A DNA stretch of 63,265 bases, filler included, from Globobulimina sp. (GCA_003354225.1; 54 parts of 54 records of this genome joined end to end with filler, not necessarily neighbours in it), one strand, 5' to 3'. Shown: positions 35,333 to 48,019, counted from the whole stretch's first letter. The notes: a model not told the origin generated them from the letters alone. Program-made: numbers and translations.

Positions 35333-36289
35333 ATGGCAACCAGCAAATATTTTTTGTCACCTGCTAAGAAAGAACTGCTCACACATGGCTATATTAGAAA
35401 ACATTGCGCCAATTCGAATTCGTTGAGTACAGCACCCATAGAAATCATTGAGTTGTGTGATCAGTATTTAATATTTGGTTTAATAGAAAAAATCAATGAA
35501 ATTGTGAGACAGTTAAAATATATTATGCATGAAACCGAGATAAAAGAAGAAAAAGAATCAATTGTTGTTTTAAAACAACAACCATCATTGTTACAAAATG
35601 GTACATTAAGAGATTATCAGTTGGAGGGATTAAAGTGGTTAATACAAAGACAAAATATGCGGTTAAACTGTATATTAGCGGATGAAATGGGTTTAGGTAA
35701 AACAATACAATGTATCTCATTATTTGCATATAATTTACAATCTAAAAACATTAATAATAAGAATAAACCATATTTATTAATTGTTCCCTTATCCACAATA
35801 ATCCATTGGAGAAACGAAATAAATGTTTGGTGTCCTAAATTAAATATATTTTCATTATATGGACAGAAAAATCAGAGAAAATCATTAATCAACAAATATT
35901 TATTAAGTGTGGACACATATTCATTTAATATTTGCATAACAACTTATGAAATATGTCGAATTGAATCAAAATATTTGAATAAAATAAATTGGTTTTACAT
36001 TATAACAGATGAAGGACATATGCTTAAAACCCATGGAATATCAAAAATATTCAATTCATACAAATCATTGCACCGATTGGCAATAACTGGCACTCCAATA
36101 TATATATTAAATGATGTATTTCAAATATTTGCTTTTTTAAATTTTTTATTTCCAAATCTATTTCAATCGCAAGAATCTTTTGATGAATTATTTAAATTAA
36201 AGCAAGAATCACAAGAATCGATTGATGACCAATTGCAATTTGAAATATATAATATAATAAAGCCGATAATACTAAGAAGATTAACAAAG
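35333..36289 (+). CDS. SNF2-family chromatin-remodelling ATPase (ISWI-like), 5' part
   Basis: LRDYQLEGLKWL, ILADEMGLGKTIQ, ITTYE, DEGH, ITGTP, ILRR. Confidence 0.9.
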
Positions 36290-36459
36290 NNNNNNNNNNN
36301 NNNNNNNNNNNNNNNNNNNNNNNNNNNNNNNNNTTAATTAATTAANNNNNNNNNNNNNNNNNNNNNNNNNNNNNNNNNNNNNNNNNNNNGAAACTGAATA
36401 TCGTGTTCCTCTTACCAATGAGCCTGGTACCCTTGACCCGGCTTTTATAACGGATATTT

Positions 36460-37392
36460 ATGCTATTAATGTTTTGGTTCCAATGCGCTAAACCACATGA
36501 AATTATTGTGTTTCATGCCAGAAAAGCATCAGGCACCACCACCTTACGATGGGCAAATGCATTTAAAAGGAATTTGCAAACAATTTACGAATGCAACAAT
36601 ACAAAAAAGAATGGTCGGTGTGATATTGAAGTAATTCATGTCGAAGGTTATCCATTTGTCCATCCAAGAAAACCAAACCAAATGAATGTTGTCGATTTTT
36701 TCAAAGAGAAATATAAAAATGGTTTATTTATAATGACATTCCGCGATCCAATTGAAAGGATATTAAGTCAGTATGAATTTGAATGGAGATGGCTCTGTCA
36801 ACATTGCTCGAGATTTGAGAATCTAAAATATTTTGAAGGTGATGGAAAAATCAATGATAAAAACTATTTACAACGGATAACAAAGCAAAATAGCAATGGC
36901 TGGGCCTATAAATATAAATTTAGCAATATAATAATGGAAGAATTTCTTGATCGAATTGAAAAATATGAATTAAATAATTATAATTTCGGCGCAAAATATG
37001 CGCTCAAAGATGGTCCATATTCATGTTATTTGAATAATTATTATTTATTTCTATTTTGTTGTGATAATAAATTTTGTAAAGTTCTGAATAATACAAAACT
37101 TAATGTTTCTCAATGCTTTGAACATGCAAAAAAAAGAATTAATTCATTTGATTTATTATTAATTACTGATTGGTTGCAAGACAAACGAACAAATATTTAT
37201 GTAAATAAAATAATAAATGGATATCTGAAAACGCATATTATTAAAAACAAACAATTAGTATTAGCCACAGTGCCTGTTCCTCGTCGCTTTGCTCATTTGC
37301 ATCCAGTCATTGATTATAACAAAATGATATCAAATGCAAATTACCAACGATTGGTGGATTGGAATGAATATGCTTCTCAACTACTGGAATGA
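36460..37392 (+). CDS. Sulfotransferase-family protein
   Basis: 5'-PSB-like FHARKASGTT; 3'-PB-like FRDPIERILSQY. Confidence 0.75.
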   Translation: MLLMFWFQCAKPHEIIVFHARKASGTTTLRWANAFKRNLQTIYECNNTKKNGRCDIEVIHVEGYPFVHPRKPNQMNVVDFFKEKYKNGLFIMTFRDPIERILSQYEFEWRWLCQHCSRFENLKYFEGDGKINDKNYLQRITKQNSNGWAYKYKFSNIIMEEFLDRIEKYELNNYNFGAKYALKDGPYSCYLNNYYLFLFCCDNKFCKVLNNTKLNVSQCFEHAKKRINSFDLLLITDWLQDKRTNIYVNKIINGYLKTHIIKNKQLVLATVPVPRRFAHLHPVIDYNKMISNANYQRLVDWNEYASQLLE

Positions 37393-38153
37393 CAACATTT
37401 TCCAAGGAATTCAATACAGTTATTGTCCACTTCTTGTATTGTCCACATCTGGTATTTCCAATNNNNNNNNNNNNNNNNNNNNNNNNNNNNNNNNNNNNNN
37501 NNNNNNTTAATTAATTAANNNNNNNNNNNNNNNNNNNNNNNNNNNNNNNNNNNNNNNNNNNNCAAGATATTCCAATTTTAATTTTCCTCCATTTCACAAT
37601 ATTACTGTACTAAATTCAAAATAAGATCCAAGTGGCTGGCAAGCAATCCTCGTAGACATAAGTAGACTTTAAATGTAACGGTCTCAAAAAAAACTTAGTT
37701 GGGCATAGTCTAATGAATTCACTAGATGGGCAGCTCTTTTAACATTATATTTTTAACCTGTTTTCCTTCCAACAGAAATCACATTGCGACAATCTAAAAT
37801 CGACCCTTCCCGATTTACTTTTTTCAAGAATCGATTTTTTTTGAAACAGTCCAAAAAGCTATGGATATTGATATGGAAGACGTGGAATGGGTTTTATGAA
37901 TGAAAAATGAACAGAAAAATGGTCACCTAGCTCAATTGGCAGAGCATTGGTTTAAATGGATATTTTGGTATTGAATGGCAATTATATGACATCTATATCA
38001 ATAGGGCTTTCCGATATGTACTGCAAATTTCGGGCTGTTCAAAAAGTTTTTTTCTTTAATCACGATCTTTTCAAACATGTCTCCATATCGCTATGGCAGT
38101 GTCAATTACACGCGAAGAGTCCCCCTTGATCACCACACAATGGATCCATATTA

Positions 38154-38229
38154 GTGTCGCTTAGCTCAAGAAGAGCACTGGAATTGATGGATATATCCAG
38201 AAGATTCAGGTTCAAATCCTGAGGCGCTC
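38154..38229 (+). tRNA. tRNA-like sequence (pseudo-tRNA or SINE head); isotype unassignable
   Basis: TAGCTCAAGAAGAGC D-arm; CTGGA/TCCAG stem with a 13-nt loop; CAGGTTCAAATCCTG T-arm; weak acceptor stem; related 5' half at 37921-37965. Confidence 0.5.
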
Positions 38230-38358
38230 CCAAACCTAACAAAATGACTTAATTAAAAGGAAAATGTATCAAAAAATCCGCTTCCTCTGCACTTCTAACC
38301 GCCAAATACAGAGAGGGCAAATGTGGAGAATTGGAAAAGCAGGCATTTACTGCCTGTA

Positions 38359-38410
38359 CAGTAGTGTTCCCGATAAGAGATACGCATATTAGTACTAATA
38401 TATATATTAT
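38359..38410 (+). mobile_element. Second copy of the TA-flanked transposon terminus
   Basis: About 50 bp with one mismatch to the copy at 5627; preceded by TA. Confidence 0.7.
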
Positions 38411-38735
38411 ACTGCTAATATATTGAATAAATGGTGGACCTGTCAAGGGATAATATATTTTTTTTTTTTTTGTTTTTTTAATATATTAGCTATTTTCACT
38501 AATATTTCATCACTTGGGACTAATATATATTTTAAACTTAACTTGGGCATGATTTTGAAGGGAAAACTGACACCTTCACCTTAGGCTAACTTGGAGCACA
38601 TTCCTCTTAGGGTTTGGTTCAAATAAACCTCGACCNNNNNNNNNNNNNNNNNNNNNNNNNNNNNNNNNNNNNNNNNNNNTTAATTAATTAANNNNNNNNN
38701 NNNNNNNNNNNNNNNNNNNNNNNNNNNNNNNNNNN

Positions 38736-39459
38736 TTACAAGATTATCCTGAACTGTAAGATTCTTCCTAAGACTGTTTAAAGCCAACAAAATGTCTGCC
38801 CGGGTGGCATCTTGTAAAAAATTAACATTGAAGCCATAATCATATTTCAGTAATTCTGTCACATCACGGGCGTCGTTTATTGCAGTATTTAATTTAGGTA
38901 AAAGTTGATAATCATTATTCCCAATTACCAGGGCATGATACTTTCCGAATTTTATATCTGATTTTGTTGGTTCAATTGTAAAAACATCTGTTGCTGTGAG
39001 AACACTATCGATATAGACTCTAACCGTCCATTTTCCAGGATAGTTTTGAGCGTTTGTATTTTTTATTGATATTTTGTGCCATGATGTTCCCGCTTTTACA
39101 TATTTGTTTTTTGAAGTTTCTATCTTGTAGTCCCCTGTATTAACGTAAAGACGGCCTTTCGGATCATACCATTCCCATCTGACATCATGTTTTCCAGAGA
39201 GGTTCGCATATCTAATGTGAGAAATAACTTCAACATCCCTTGTCGAAAAAAATGTTGTTGGGTCTACAGGAGAGCTATCTGTATACTTTTCATCAATTCC
39301 TTTTGATATTGTTGTTTTTATTATTTTAAACGGAGGGGGTTTTAAAATTTTTATTGTGCTGCTGCAACCTGAAACAAAAAAAGACACACTCAGGATGATC
39401 AATAATGACAATGTGGCTTTTAACGCAATACCAGTATTTTTAAAGATAAGGTTTCCCAT
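38736..39459 (-). CDS. Bacterial lipoprotein with a caspase-like (peptidase C14) domain, 3' truncated
   Basis: Shine-Dalgarno AAGGAG; lipobox VSGC; YHALVIGNNDY..LNTAINDA..YGF..L.DATRADIL. Confidence 0.85.
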
Positions 39460-39977
39460 CCCACTCTCCTTAACAATAAATTAAAACTATCTTTGGGCTA
39501 ACAACTTATTGAAAATATAATGATTGTCAGATGTATATAATCTTAAAAGATAGACTGTCAATATATTTTTAAATTCCGGTATGGTATGGATAAAACCAAT
39601 TTAGCATACACAAGATGATGTTTATGCTTATTATCTTTTCAATGTGGAAAAACAAAAAAATACTGCCAATATTATTGATTCAAATAATTATGATTTCTTT
39701 TTCCGATGACATATACTCTGATAAACTATAAAATTGCAGTTTATTTCCAAAACACAGGTGGCAATCCAGATTAATGAAATCCATATACTATGTTATAATC
39801 TATCGGTTNNNNNNNNNNNNNNNNNNNNNNNNNNNNNNNNNNNNNNNNNNNNTTAATTAATTAANNNNNNNNNNNNNNNNNNNNNNNNNNNNNNNNNNNN
39901 NNNNNNNNATATACAAATAACTTGTTTTCATTATATGACTAACGTAAAGTATCTACTATAATGAATACAAATTATTT

Positions 39978-40814
39978 GTGTTGTTAGAGACCATTTGCGT
40001 TGGAAGAAAAGTTGCAAAAAAAAGGAAGAAAAACAGAGGCAAAGTCGTATGGAGTAAAGACGAAAAACAAAATGATAAAATTCAGCAACATATCAGCAAG
40101 CTCGATCCAGCAATGTCATTAACAGATCTTTCATTGTTTGATGATGACGATGATGATGATGATTATGCGCAGGGCGCTGTATCTGTGTCATCAACGACTA
40201 ATGAATCGACTTCAGAAACGTTTGGAAGATTTACATTTATGAGTAAACAAAAAATAAAGCCGCTTTTTTGGAAATATATATTTATTTTATGGATATTGTG
40301 TACAGTTTCGAATTGGTTGGGATCAATATTAGGATGGGGATTGAACAGAATATTCGCTCAAGCATTTTTTTATATGTTTTGGAAGCTTATTGGCTTTGTA
40401 ATGCTGACACTTTGTGTTTATATATTGTATGTTGTCAAGGAACGCTTAGAAATTGTATTAGAAAATATTGACATAAATGAAAATAAAAAAATGAATAAAT
40501 CATTAGCCGACGGAAGAAAAAGAATAAAAAATTTAATAATTTGTCAAGTTGTATTAATATTTGTATTTGGCGTCAGTGTTATTTATGAAATATATGTGAT
40601 GATAGTGATTGCGTCGGGTAATATTGTGCATAATGTGTATACAGAAAGTACATTAATGGGTATGATCGCTTATTTTCCTATTTGGACTATAATACATATT
40701 GTGTTGTTGGTATATTCGTGGATTTCGAAATCGTCATTGAGAGTTAAAAAAAAAATAATTCTCGATTCGAAGCAAGGGGATAATAGCATTGAAATATGTA
40801 AACTCCAGAATTGA
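39978..40814 (+). CDS. Multi-pass membrane protein, C-terminal part
   Basis: Four or more TM segments. Confidence 0.6.
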   Translation: MLLETICVGRKVAKKRKKNRGKVVWSKDEKQNDKIQQHISKLDPAMSLTDLSLFDDDDDDDDYAQGAVSVSSTTNESTSETFGRFTFMSKQKIKPLFWKYIFILWILCTVSNWLGSILGWGLNRIFAQAFFYMFWKLIGFVMLTLCVYILYVVKERLEIVLENIDINENKKMNKSLADGRKRIKNLIICQVVLIFVFGVSVIYEIYVMIVIASGNIVHNVYTESTLMGMIAYFPIWTIIHIVLLVYSWISKSSLRVKKKIILDSKQGDNSIEICKLQN

Positions 40815-41497
40815 TATTATTTTGATGACTGACAGTAGACTGTAAATATAGACCTTAAAACTCTGTTTTTTTTTTTATTTTGAACGCAAAAAGTAATAAA
40901 TCCGATCAAATCCGCTATAAAAACAGCAGAAATTCGATGACATAAATTATTTAAAAATAATTAAAAATCAACAAACAATGANNNNNNNNNNNNNNNNNNN
41001 NNNNNNNNNNNNNNNNNNNNNNNNNTTAATTAATTAANNNNNNNNNNNNNNNNNNNNNNNNNNNNNNNNNNNNNNNNNNNNCCTGTAATTTTTGCCAATA
41101 TTGCTTTACAAGATGGACACTGGAATTTGAACGAATTTGCTTGGGCCATTGTTTAGTTAGTAAATAGAAATAAAAGTCTAAAGTGTGAGGTTGTAGTAAA
41201 AAACTCTTGTAGGAAATTAGTATAAAACCTCATCAAACGGTGGTTGGTTGAGAGAAAATTCATACATATATTGTTTATGTCACAGTACAAATAATTTAAA
41301 TAATGATGTTGTTGGTTCAGTTATTAATGAAAGTGCTGCTAATAAGAAAAATGAACCAACCAAAAAAGTTCTGCTGATTTTTTTGAAATTATTACTTGAA
41401 GAATATGAATTGAAGTCAGCATATAATGCTAAGAAGTAAAATTGTAGGATCTCAATAAAGTTTGAATTTACAACAAAAACAAACACAAAATTTATTA

Positions 41498-42154
41498 TTA
41501 TACTCCATCCGAAACAAATGCTATTTTCTCATTGTCAGTGTCCGTGTTATCATCGATCTCAACATTTGCAACGACATACTCTCTCTCATTATGATGCCTC
41601 ACACTCTTTCTCTTGTAACAAATCCATCCGATCACAGCTCCGATACTCACAATAATCACAAGAACACCACCTCCGACCAATAAGCCAATAATCAATAAAC
41701 TATTTTCCTTCAGCTCCTTGGATCCTTAGTTATCCGCCATGGACAGCACTCATGGTTATCACATTCGTATCGTGAATATGTTGGGTTAAACATCGTTGTT
41801 GTTTGATAATTAGTCGTCGATATATCCAGACACTTAAACTCTACATCACAAACAAAAGCGATTGTGTTTGTTGATGGACATTGTAATGTCATATAATTTG
41901 TAATAAATGTATTTGAATCTGGCACATTAATACTCACCGAATAACACGAATACTCATACAACGCACAATATGCTTTAAATGCATATAATGATTGATATGG
42001 TGGTTCAACATACATTGCATAACACGCTGCCTTTTCATTGCAATGTATTTCTATTTCATTTGCATGATCACCGAATATTCATTTCTAATTTATTTGCATT
42101 GTTGACATATATATCGGCTGAACGCAATCCACCCGCTCCAAATCCATTTAATAC
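41498..42154 (-). pseudogene. Cys-rich single-pass surface protein fragments in several frames
   Basis: C-terminal TM IIGLLVGGGVLVIIVSIGAVIGWICYKRK; frames broken upstream. Confidence 0.45.
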
Positions 42155-42444
42155 NNNNNNNNNNNNNNNNNNNNNNNNNNNNNNNNNNNNNNNNNNNNTT
42201 AATTAATTAANNNNNNNNNNNNNNNNNNNNNNNNNNNNNNNNNNNNNNNNNNNNACAGACTAAATAGCACATTAGGAACAACATACTAAGAGCTTTCCTG
42301 CTCAATCAATAGTCAATACAAACTGAACAAGGTTTTCAGCTTGGTTACATATTCTTGTTATTTAGTATTCTTGACAAATGGAGGTAAGTTTAGATCGTTC
42401 AAGCTGAGAAAATATGATACCAAATATAAACAGTAAACTTACAA

Positions 42445-43327
42445 TTACAAAGAATTTGTGATTTTAATTTGATCCAAACCACATCGACAACTATTATCGC
42501 CATATAAAGTTTTAATAACGAATCGCCAATACATTGAAGGTTTAACATTGTGATTCTGATTGTGTGGCACTTGAAATGTTAACCAATTACTCGTTTTTTC
42601 CGATTTAAACGTCCAAAATGTGAGCCATTGGTTGTTATTCTTTACTTGCAACCCCATCTATTTTTCCAATTAATGGTAATTATAAATGCAGGATCTGGCA
42701 ACTTGACAACAAACCATTGCGGCTGTACAGATGCAAAATTAGTGTGAGACCACCAATCATCGACAATATTTAACATTTTTGCTTTATCCAAACGTACATT
42801 ACTCTCTACAATCTCAAATTTTTTATTACTATATTCAATACGTTGTGTATCATTGAATATTAATGTCTCGCGTGACGGCAATATATAATGTATATACACC
42901 GCATCGCGTTGTAATGGGCACAAATATTTAGCTACATTATCAATAAAAAATTCTTTATCCATCAAAGCAAACCGTAAATACGGTATTATCGGCTTCAATG
43001 TTTCTCTTATTTTATCGTCATTTTCTTCATCATTTAGATCGATATCTGTTTTAATTTCAATTCCAATCTGTTTTTTTCTTCTTTTTCATCTGATTGCTTT
43101 ATAATATCATCAGTATCATCGCTGTCATTATCGACATCAGATTCAGACAATGATTGTTTGACTATTCTTTTTTTATTCATGTTCATACCATTAATATTAT
43201 TAAATTGCAATCCTTTATTGATCACATTTTGTGCCCATTTTAGACTGACATTCCATAACAATTCCTCTTTCACTTTGAAACAATTTGATTTTAAGAAACT
43301 AATCAATAAATCTGGATGTAATGAGTA
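42445..43327 (-). pseudogene. BTB/BACK-domain protein with a galactose-binding-like C-terminus; two frameshifts
   Basis: FLKSNCFKVKEELLW..KWA; IIPYLRFALM..F; YWRFVIKTLYG. Confidence 0.65.
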
Positions 43328-43765
43328 NNNNNNNNNNNNNNNNNNNNNNNNNNNNNNNNNNNNNNNNNNNNTTAATTAATTAANNNNNNNNNNNNNNNNN
43401 NNNNNNNNNNNNNNNNNNNNNNNNNNNAATTTGGAGCAAATGTTATCATTTCATGCACAGCAAAATGGTGGAAAGGTCAGTAAAAGAGATGTTGCTTTGG
43501 GCTTTATGCAAACATTAATCCTAAAAAATGAAAATATTGTTGAGGTAGAACAGGAAGAATGGAATGGCCATATTTTAATTTATAAAGGACCGAGATTTTA
43601 TACACAGATTCCGCAATGAATGCTATTTACATTTCACATATTATTTAAATTTTGTATTACTATCTTTTTGTTTTGGTTGCTTATTTTATTTACAATTTCT
43701 TGCTAAAAATAATAAATATACTCCGTTGGACAAAATCTCACCTCACTTTTTCTGCATTTTTCTGC

Positions 43766-44374
43766 ATGGCAACTGTGACACTCATGTTATTGTTTGTTTT
43801 TGTTTTTGTTTTTATGGATGTTGTGTTCCCAATGAGCAGATATTTTGTTGATGAACGATGGCAGAAAAACGAGATTTGGCCGATTGATGTTTGTGTGGCG
43901 ATCCCATTTAATTTTATCTTATACCAATGCAATACAACAAATCCAAACGAACACGTAGTCATCAAATATAATCACACCATCGATTACCCAAATTGTGATT
44001 CGCCAACTCCCATTATCACATATCACAGATCCGCAAACATAGTACGAAATGCCAACAATACTGATTATGAATTGTACTCATTTAATTGTGTTGGTGAAGA
44101 TAATTATTACGTTCATGACAATTATTTCGAAGACTCGCACTGTCATGATGTAGATGCCGGTAATTTAAATAGATCCATCTATTATCATTATTATCCATAT
44201 TACTTTGTCACCAAACTATGTCGTTCGTTTGATGGCCATTATTATAAAGATGAGTGTAGCGGTTATTTTGCTGCAGAACTACATTTTGATACACTTACAG
44301 AATGTAATAACAATGCTGGCTCTTTTTATGACTTTTATTATCCATCAAGTAAATGCGGATCATTTGGGCCGTGA
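43766..44374 (+). CDS. Secreted Cys/Tyr-rich protein
   Basis: Signal peptide MATVTLMLLFVFVFVF; multiple cysteines. Confidence 0.55.
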   Translation: MATVTLMLLFVFVFVFMDVVFPMSRYFVDERWQKNEIWPIDVCVAIPFNFILYQCNTTNPNEHVVIKYNHTIDYPNCDSPTPIITYHRSANIVRNANNTDYELYSFNCVGEDNYYVHDNYFEDSHCHDVDAGNLNRSIYYHYYPYYFVTKLCRSFDGHYYKDECSGYFAAELHFDTLTECNNNAGSFYDFYYPSSKCGSFGP

Positions 44375-44600
44375 AAATGTATGTTGAATGGAACTGTCAT
44401 TGATGAATATACATATTCTAATACGTATATTGCAGAAAATGGAACATTACCACTCGCCCAAAGAATTGGTTTAGTTGACATTTATTTCGATATACATTTA
44501 NNNNNNNNNNNNNNNNNNNNNNNNNNNNNNNNNNNNNNNNNNNNTTAATTAATTAANNNNNNNNNNNNNNNNNNNNNNNNNNNNNNNNNNNNNNNNNNNN

Positions 44601-44784
44601 GTAGAACACCTGTCCTAGTCGGTCTAGGATGATCCTATTAGTATCGATAATATCTGCACAATCGATGTTTTTATCCTAGTTACTATGATAAAGCATGTCA
44701 TCGTGCAGATATTATCTATATTACTAGGATCATCCTAGTCACATTATGTGACTAGAATAAAACACAGTTTTATCCTCGCCTGTG
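44601..44784 (-). mobile_element. CMC/EnSpm-like transposon end with palindromic subterminal repeats
   Basis: Minus strand begins CACAGGCG; CTAGGATGATCCTA and GATAATATCTGCAC units recur in both orientations; similar units at 45605-45673. Confidence 0.4.
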
Positions 44785-45996
44785 ATGGAAAGTTAGGATG
44801 GAGATTTAGATGCTGATACATTTATTAAGAATTGTTTAGATGAATTTAATTTTTCTGAGCTTCCTGTTGATTGCACAACAGACTCAGCAAAAGAAAATAC
44901 ATTCAAATATGTGTTTTGACACGGTTGATATTTTAAATATGTATTTACATCGCGAGCAATTGTGTCATTTACGAATATTAGCTGGCTTAATGGATAAAAT
45001 GTATCGTGAACATAGAATAAAATATGGCGATGAAAAATATACAGGGATACAATAATGATTCTTTTATATATTAAATGTGGAGATACGGATTCGTATATGT
45101 TAGGAAGACTAACAAATTCATTAAATTTAATAAAAACACATTATTTGCAACCACTTATTTATTCGGAATATTCGGACAGAAAAGAAGTGAAATTAAGGAA
45201 CTCTAACCGTAAATGTCAAGTATGTAAAGAAAACATAAAAAGTAATGAGAATTTGAAGATTTTTGATCAATGTTTGAGTCCAGTACCTACACATTGTTGG
45301 ACTGAAACAAATTGGGTGACAAGTTCTACAGCATTATGGATTTGAATTGCAAATATTTCTACCAATAAAAATAATGGACAATGGTGGAAGCAAATAGAGT
45401 TTACATTATTGTCAAGGAGCAAGCAGCTGTTTTGTTTTGTTGAGTGTGATATGTACAAGAAAGCTTTTGGTTGGGCCAGCCAATTTGATGAGTATTGATG
45501 TACAGAAATAATACATAAAACACAATTCAAACTTTGACTGCCTTATATTTTTCTCCTTGAATCTTGAATAGTTTCCAAATTTTGATAAATAATATGTTTG
45601 ACCGTCTAGGATAAAACATGTTATTGTGCAGATAAATGCTGTCTAGGATATATCCTAGTTTGTGCAGTTTATCNNNNNNNNNNNNNNNNNNNNNNNNNNN
45701 NNNNNNNNNNNNNNNNNTTAATTAATTAANNNNNNNNNNNNNNNNNNNNNNNNNNNNNNNNNNNNNNNNNNNNCAATCCAAATAATAAATCGTTAATTCG
45801 TTATAACAGAATTAATGTGCAAATGGTGCTCCTCATTGAAATTAATTATTTTACCGCAGTCACTGTAATTTTAAATTTTTGTCAATAGTATAAATTCCAC
45901 TGAATGTATGTAACAAAGATAATAATAATGACGAAGGACAAAATGATACAAGGATGATTTTTACAAAAAAAACAGAGTTAAAACTTTAAATCTACA

Positions 45997-46794
45997 ATGA
46001 ATAAAGCAAGCTTCGATGAAACATTTACCAAAATTACCACCGGAAACGATTTATGGCGCAAACACAATAAAAAATATCCAACATATGCAATTACCCATAA
46101 ATTAATAAAATTACATGACAATAAGAAATATATTGATAGTTTGCGAAATTCGATCGGGCTCTCCAATCTAAAACCATTTTGCACAAAGAATCTATGCCCC
46201 TCCATATTATCAGATATACCCGAACCAGATATCCCTAATAATTATAGTTATACAGATATCCAATATGGCAAACTGGAAACATTTAATATATTCCAAGATT
46301 CCGGGAACAATGCCGATGGAAAGACTCTTGAATGCATTTTATCCAACACACAGAGCAAAACACAGACACATAAAAGCGAGGTAATATTTGCGCAATATAC
46401 GAGTGTCACACTCGAGAGATATACCAGACCAATGCAGTCCTCCTCGTCAGGAAACAACCGCGGCATTTTTAGTTGTTTGGTATCCGCGGCAAATGATTGT
46501 GATAATCGGATTAAATTAGTATTGAACGAGAGAATTGCGATCATATTTGAGATTAAATGCGGTGCACAAACTAAACCATTGTTGGAATTACCAGCGGATA
46601 AAGCTCGATATTTATACGGTGCCGCCGGAATTGTTAGGGCTGAATCAAAACAATTGCGAGGCGGCCATGAGCCATTATATTTGATGAAACCTTGCATCAT
46701 AATCCGGAGGAATGCGGTGGATAAAGGCAATCTAACTTTCTTGACCTTTGAGTTGTTTGCTTTGCAAGAAATAATTAAATTAAGAATTAAATAA
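45997..46794 (+). CDS. Uncharacterised 265-aa protein, complete ORF
   Basis: ATG to TAA, no introns needed; family not recognised. Confidence 0.65.
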   Translation: MNKASFDETFTKITTGNDLWRKHNKKYPTYAITHKLIKLHDNKKYIDSLRNSIGLSNLKPFCTKNLCPSILSDIPEPDIPNNYSYTDIQYGKLETFNIFQDSGNNADGKTLECILSNTQSKTQTHKSEVIFAQYTSVTLERYTRPMQSSSSGNNRGIFSCLVSAANDCDNRIKLVLNERIAIIFEIKCGAQTKPLLELPADKARYLYGAAGIVRAESKQLRGGHEPLYLMKPCIIIRRNAVDKGNLTFLTFELFALQEIIKLRIK

Positions 46795-47157
46795 TTTCTA
46801 GAGAGCTATATATAGAGAGAGGATACATATCAACTATTGATATGGANNNNNNNNNNNNNNNNNNNNNNNNNNNNNNNNNNNNNNNNNNNNTTAATTAATT
46901 AANNNNNNNNNNNNNNNNNNNNNNNNNNNNNNNNNNNNNNNNNNNNAGTATAAATAAAACATAAGAAAAAAAAAGATAAAATAAAAATATATGCATCAAA
47001 AATATGAAAATGAAAAATAAGTGAAAAAAGAGCTAATGAGGTAAAAATAAACAAAACACACAATAACACATTAAACGATAATTGAACAATTTCTGCAAAA
47101 TAAAAAGAGAGAAAAAACAAAGATTTACTTACAAATCATGTACAAAAACCAAACCAC

Positions 47158-48019
47158 TCATTTTTTATTCTTGTGAATGTCTCGAATGTGGAGTCCATTC
47201 AACGTATTTAACATATTCAACCGACACAAACTTAATTTCGTTAACTGTTTCTCAAAAGTTTTATGCGTATCAAATTTTTGAATATTTTTGAATTCCTGGA
47301 TTTCTTTCACCGACTTAATTTTGCTTGGAATTTTTTTGAAGAACTTATGGCTCAAACATTGCTGCACTGATATCCGTTGATGCGGATTAAGAATAAACAT
47401 TTTCGACACCAAATCAATTTCATTCTTGTTAATGTCTTTGGATTTTGTATTTTTGGGGTAATTAAAAATCTCATTTTCCAACGATTTCTGCTTTTTAACT
47501 GGCAATGACAAGACCCATCGCAACGCATCGTACGATTTGATCCATGTTTTGCTATCTAAGATGTTGGGAGTGCCCACACAGTCGAATATGAGCTCTAATT
47601 GTTCCAAATGATTATTGCCCGCAAATATCGGTTTCCGTAAAATCATCTCACAATAAATACAAGCGATGCTCCACACATCGATACATTCGCAATATTGCCG
47701 CGAACAGAGCATGATCTCTGGCGCTCGGTACCAGCGCGTGGTCACATACTCTGACAAAATAACCTCATCCTCGTCGCCCGCTGCCCCGATCCCGCGCGCC
47801 ATGCCAAAATCTGTGATCTTGATGGTACAGTCGCTGTTTATTAAGATATTCTCGGGTTTGAGGTCCCGGTGAATCACGTCACATTCATGAATGTATTTGG
47901 TGCCGGTCAGGATTTGGTACAATATGAAGCAGCGATGATTGACAGAGATCTCGATATCGCTGTAACAGCACACTGTTTTTAGCGTGGATTGCATTTTGGG
48001 CATCACATAGTACACTTGT
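47158..48019 (-). CDS. MAP kinase with an SEY activation loop
   Basis: HRDLKPEN, DFGMAR, LSEYVTTRWYRAPE, DVWS. Confidence 0.92.

Noticed and set aside
46248-46730. Long antisense ORFs (also 6478-6909, 50414-50845, 4218-4535)
   Set aside because: Antisense shadows of the more plausible genes on the opposite strand
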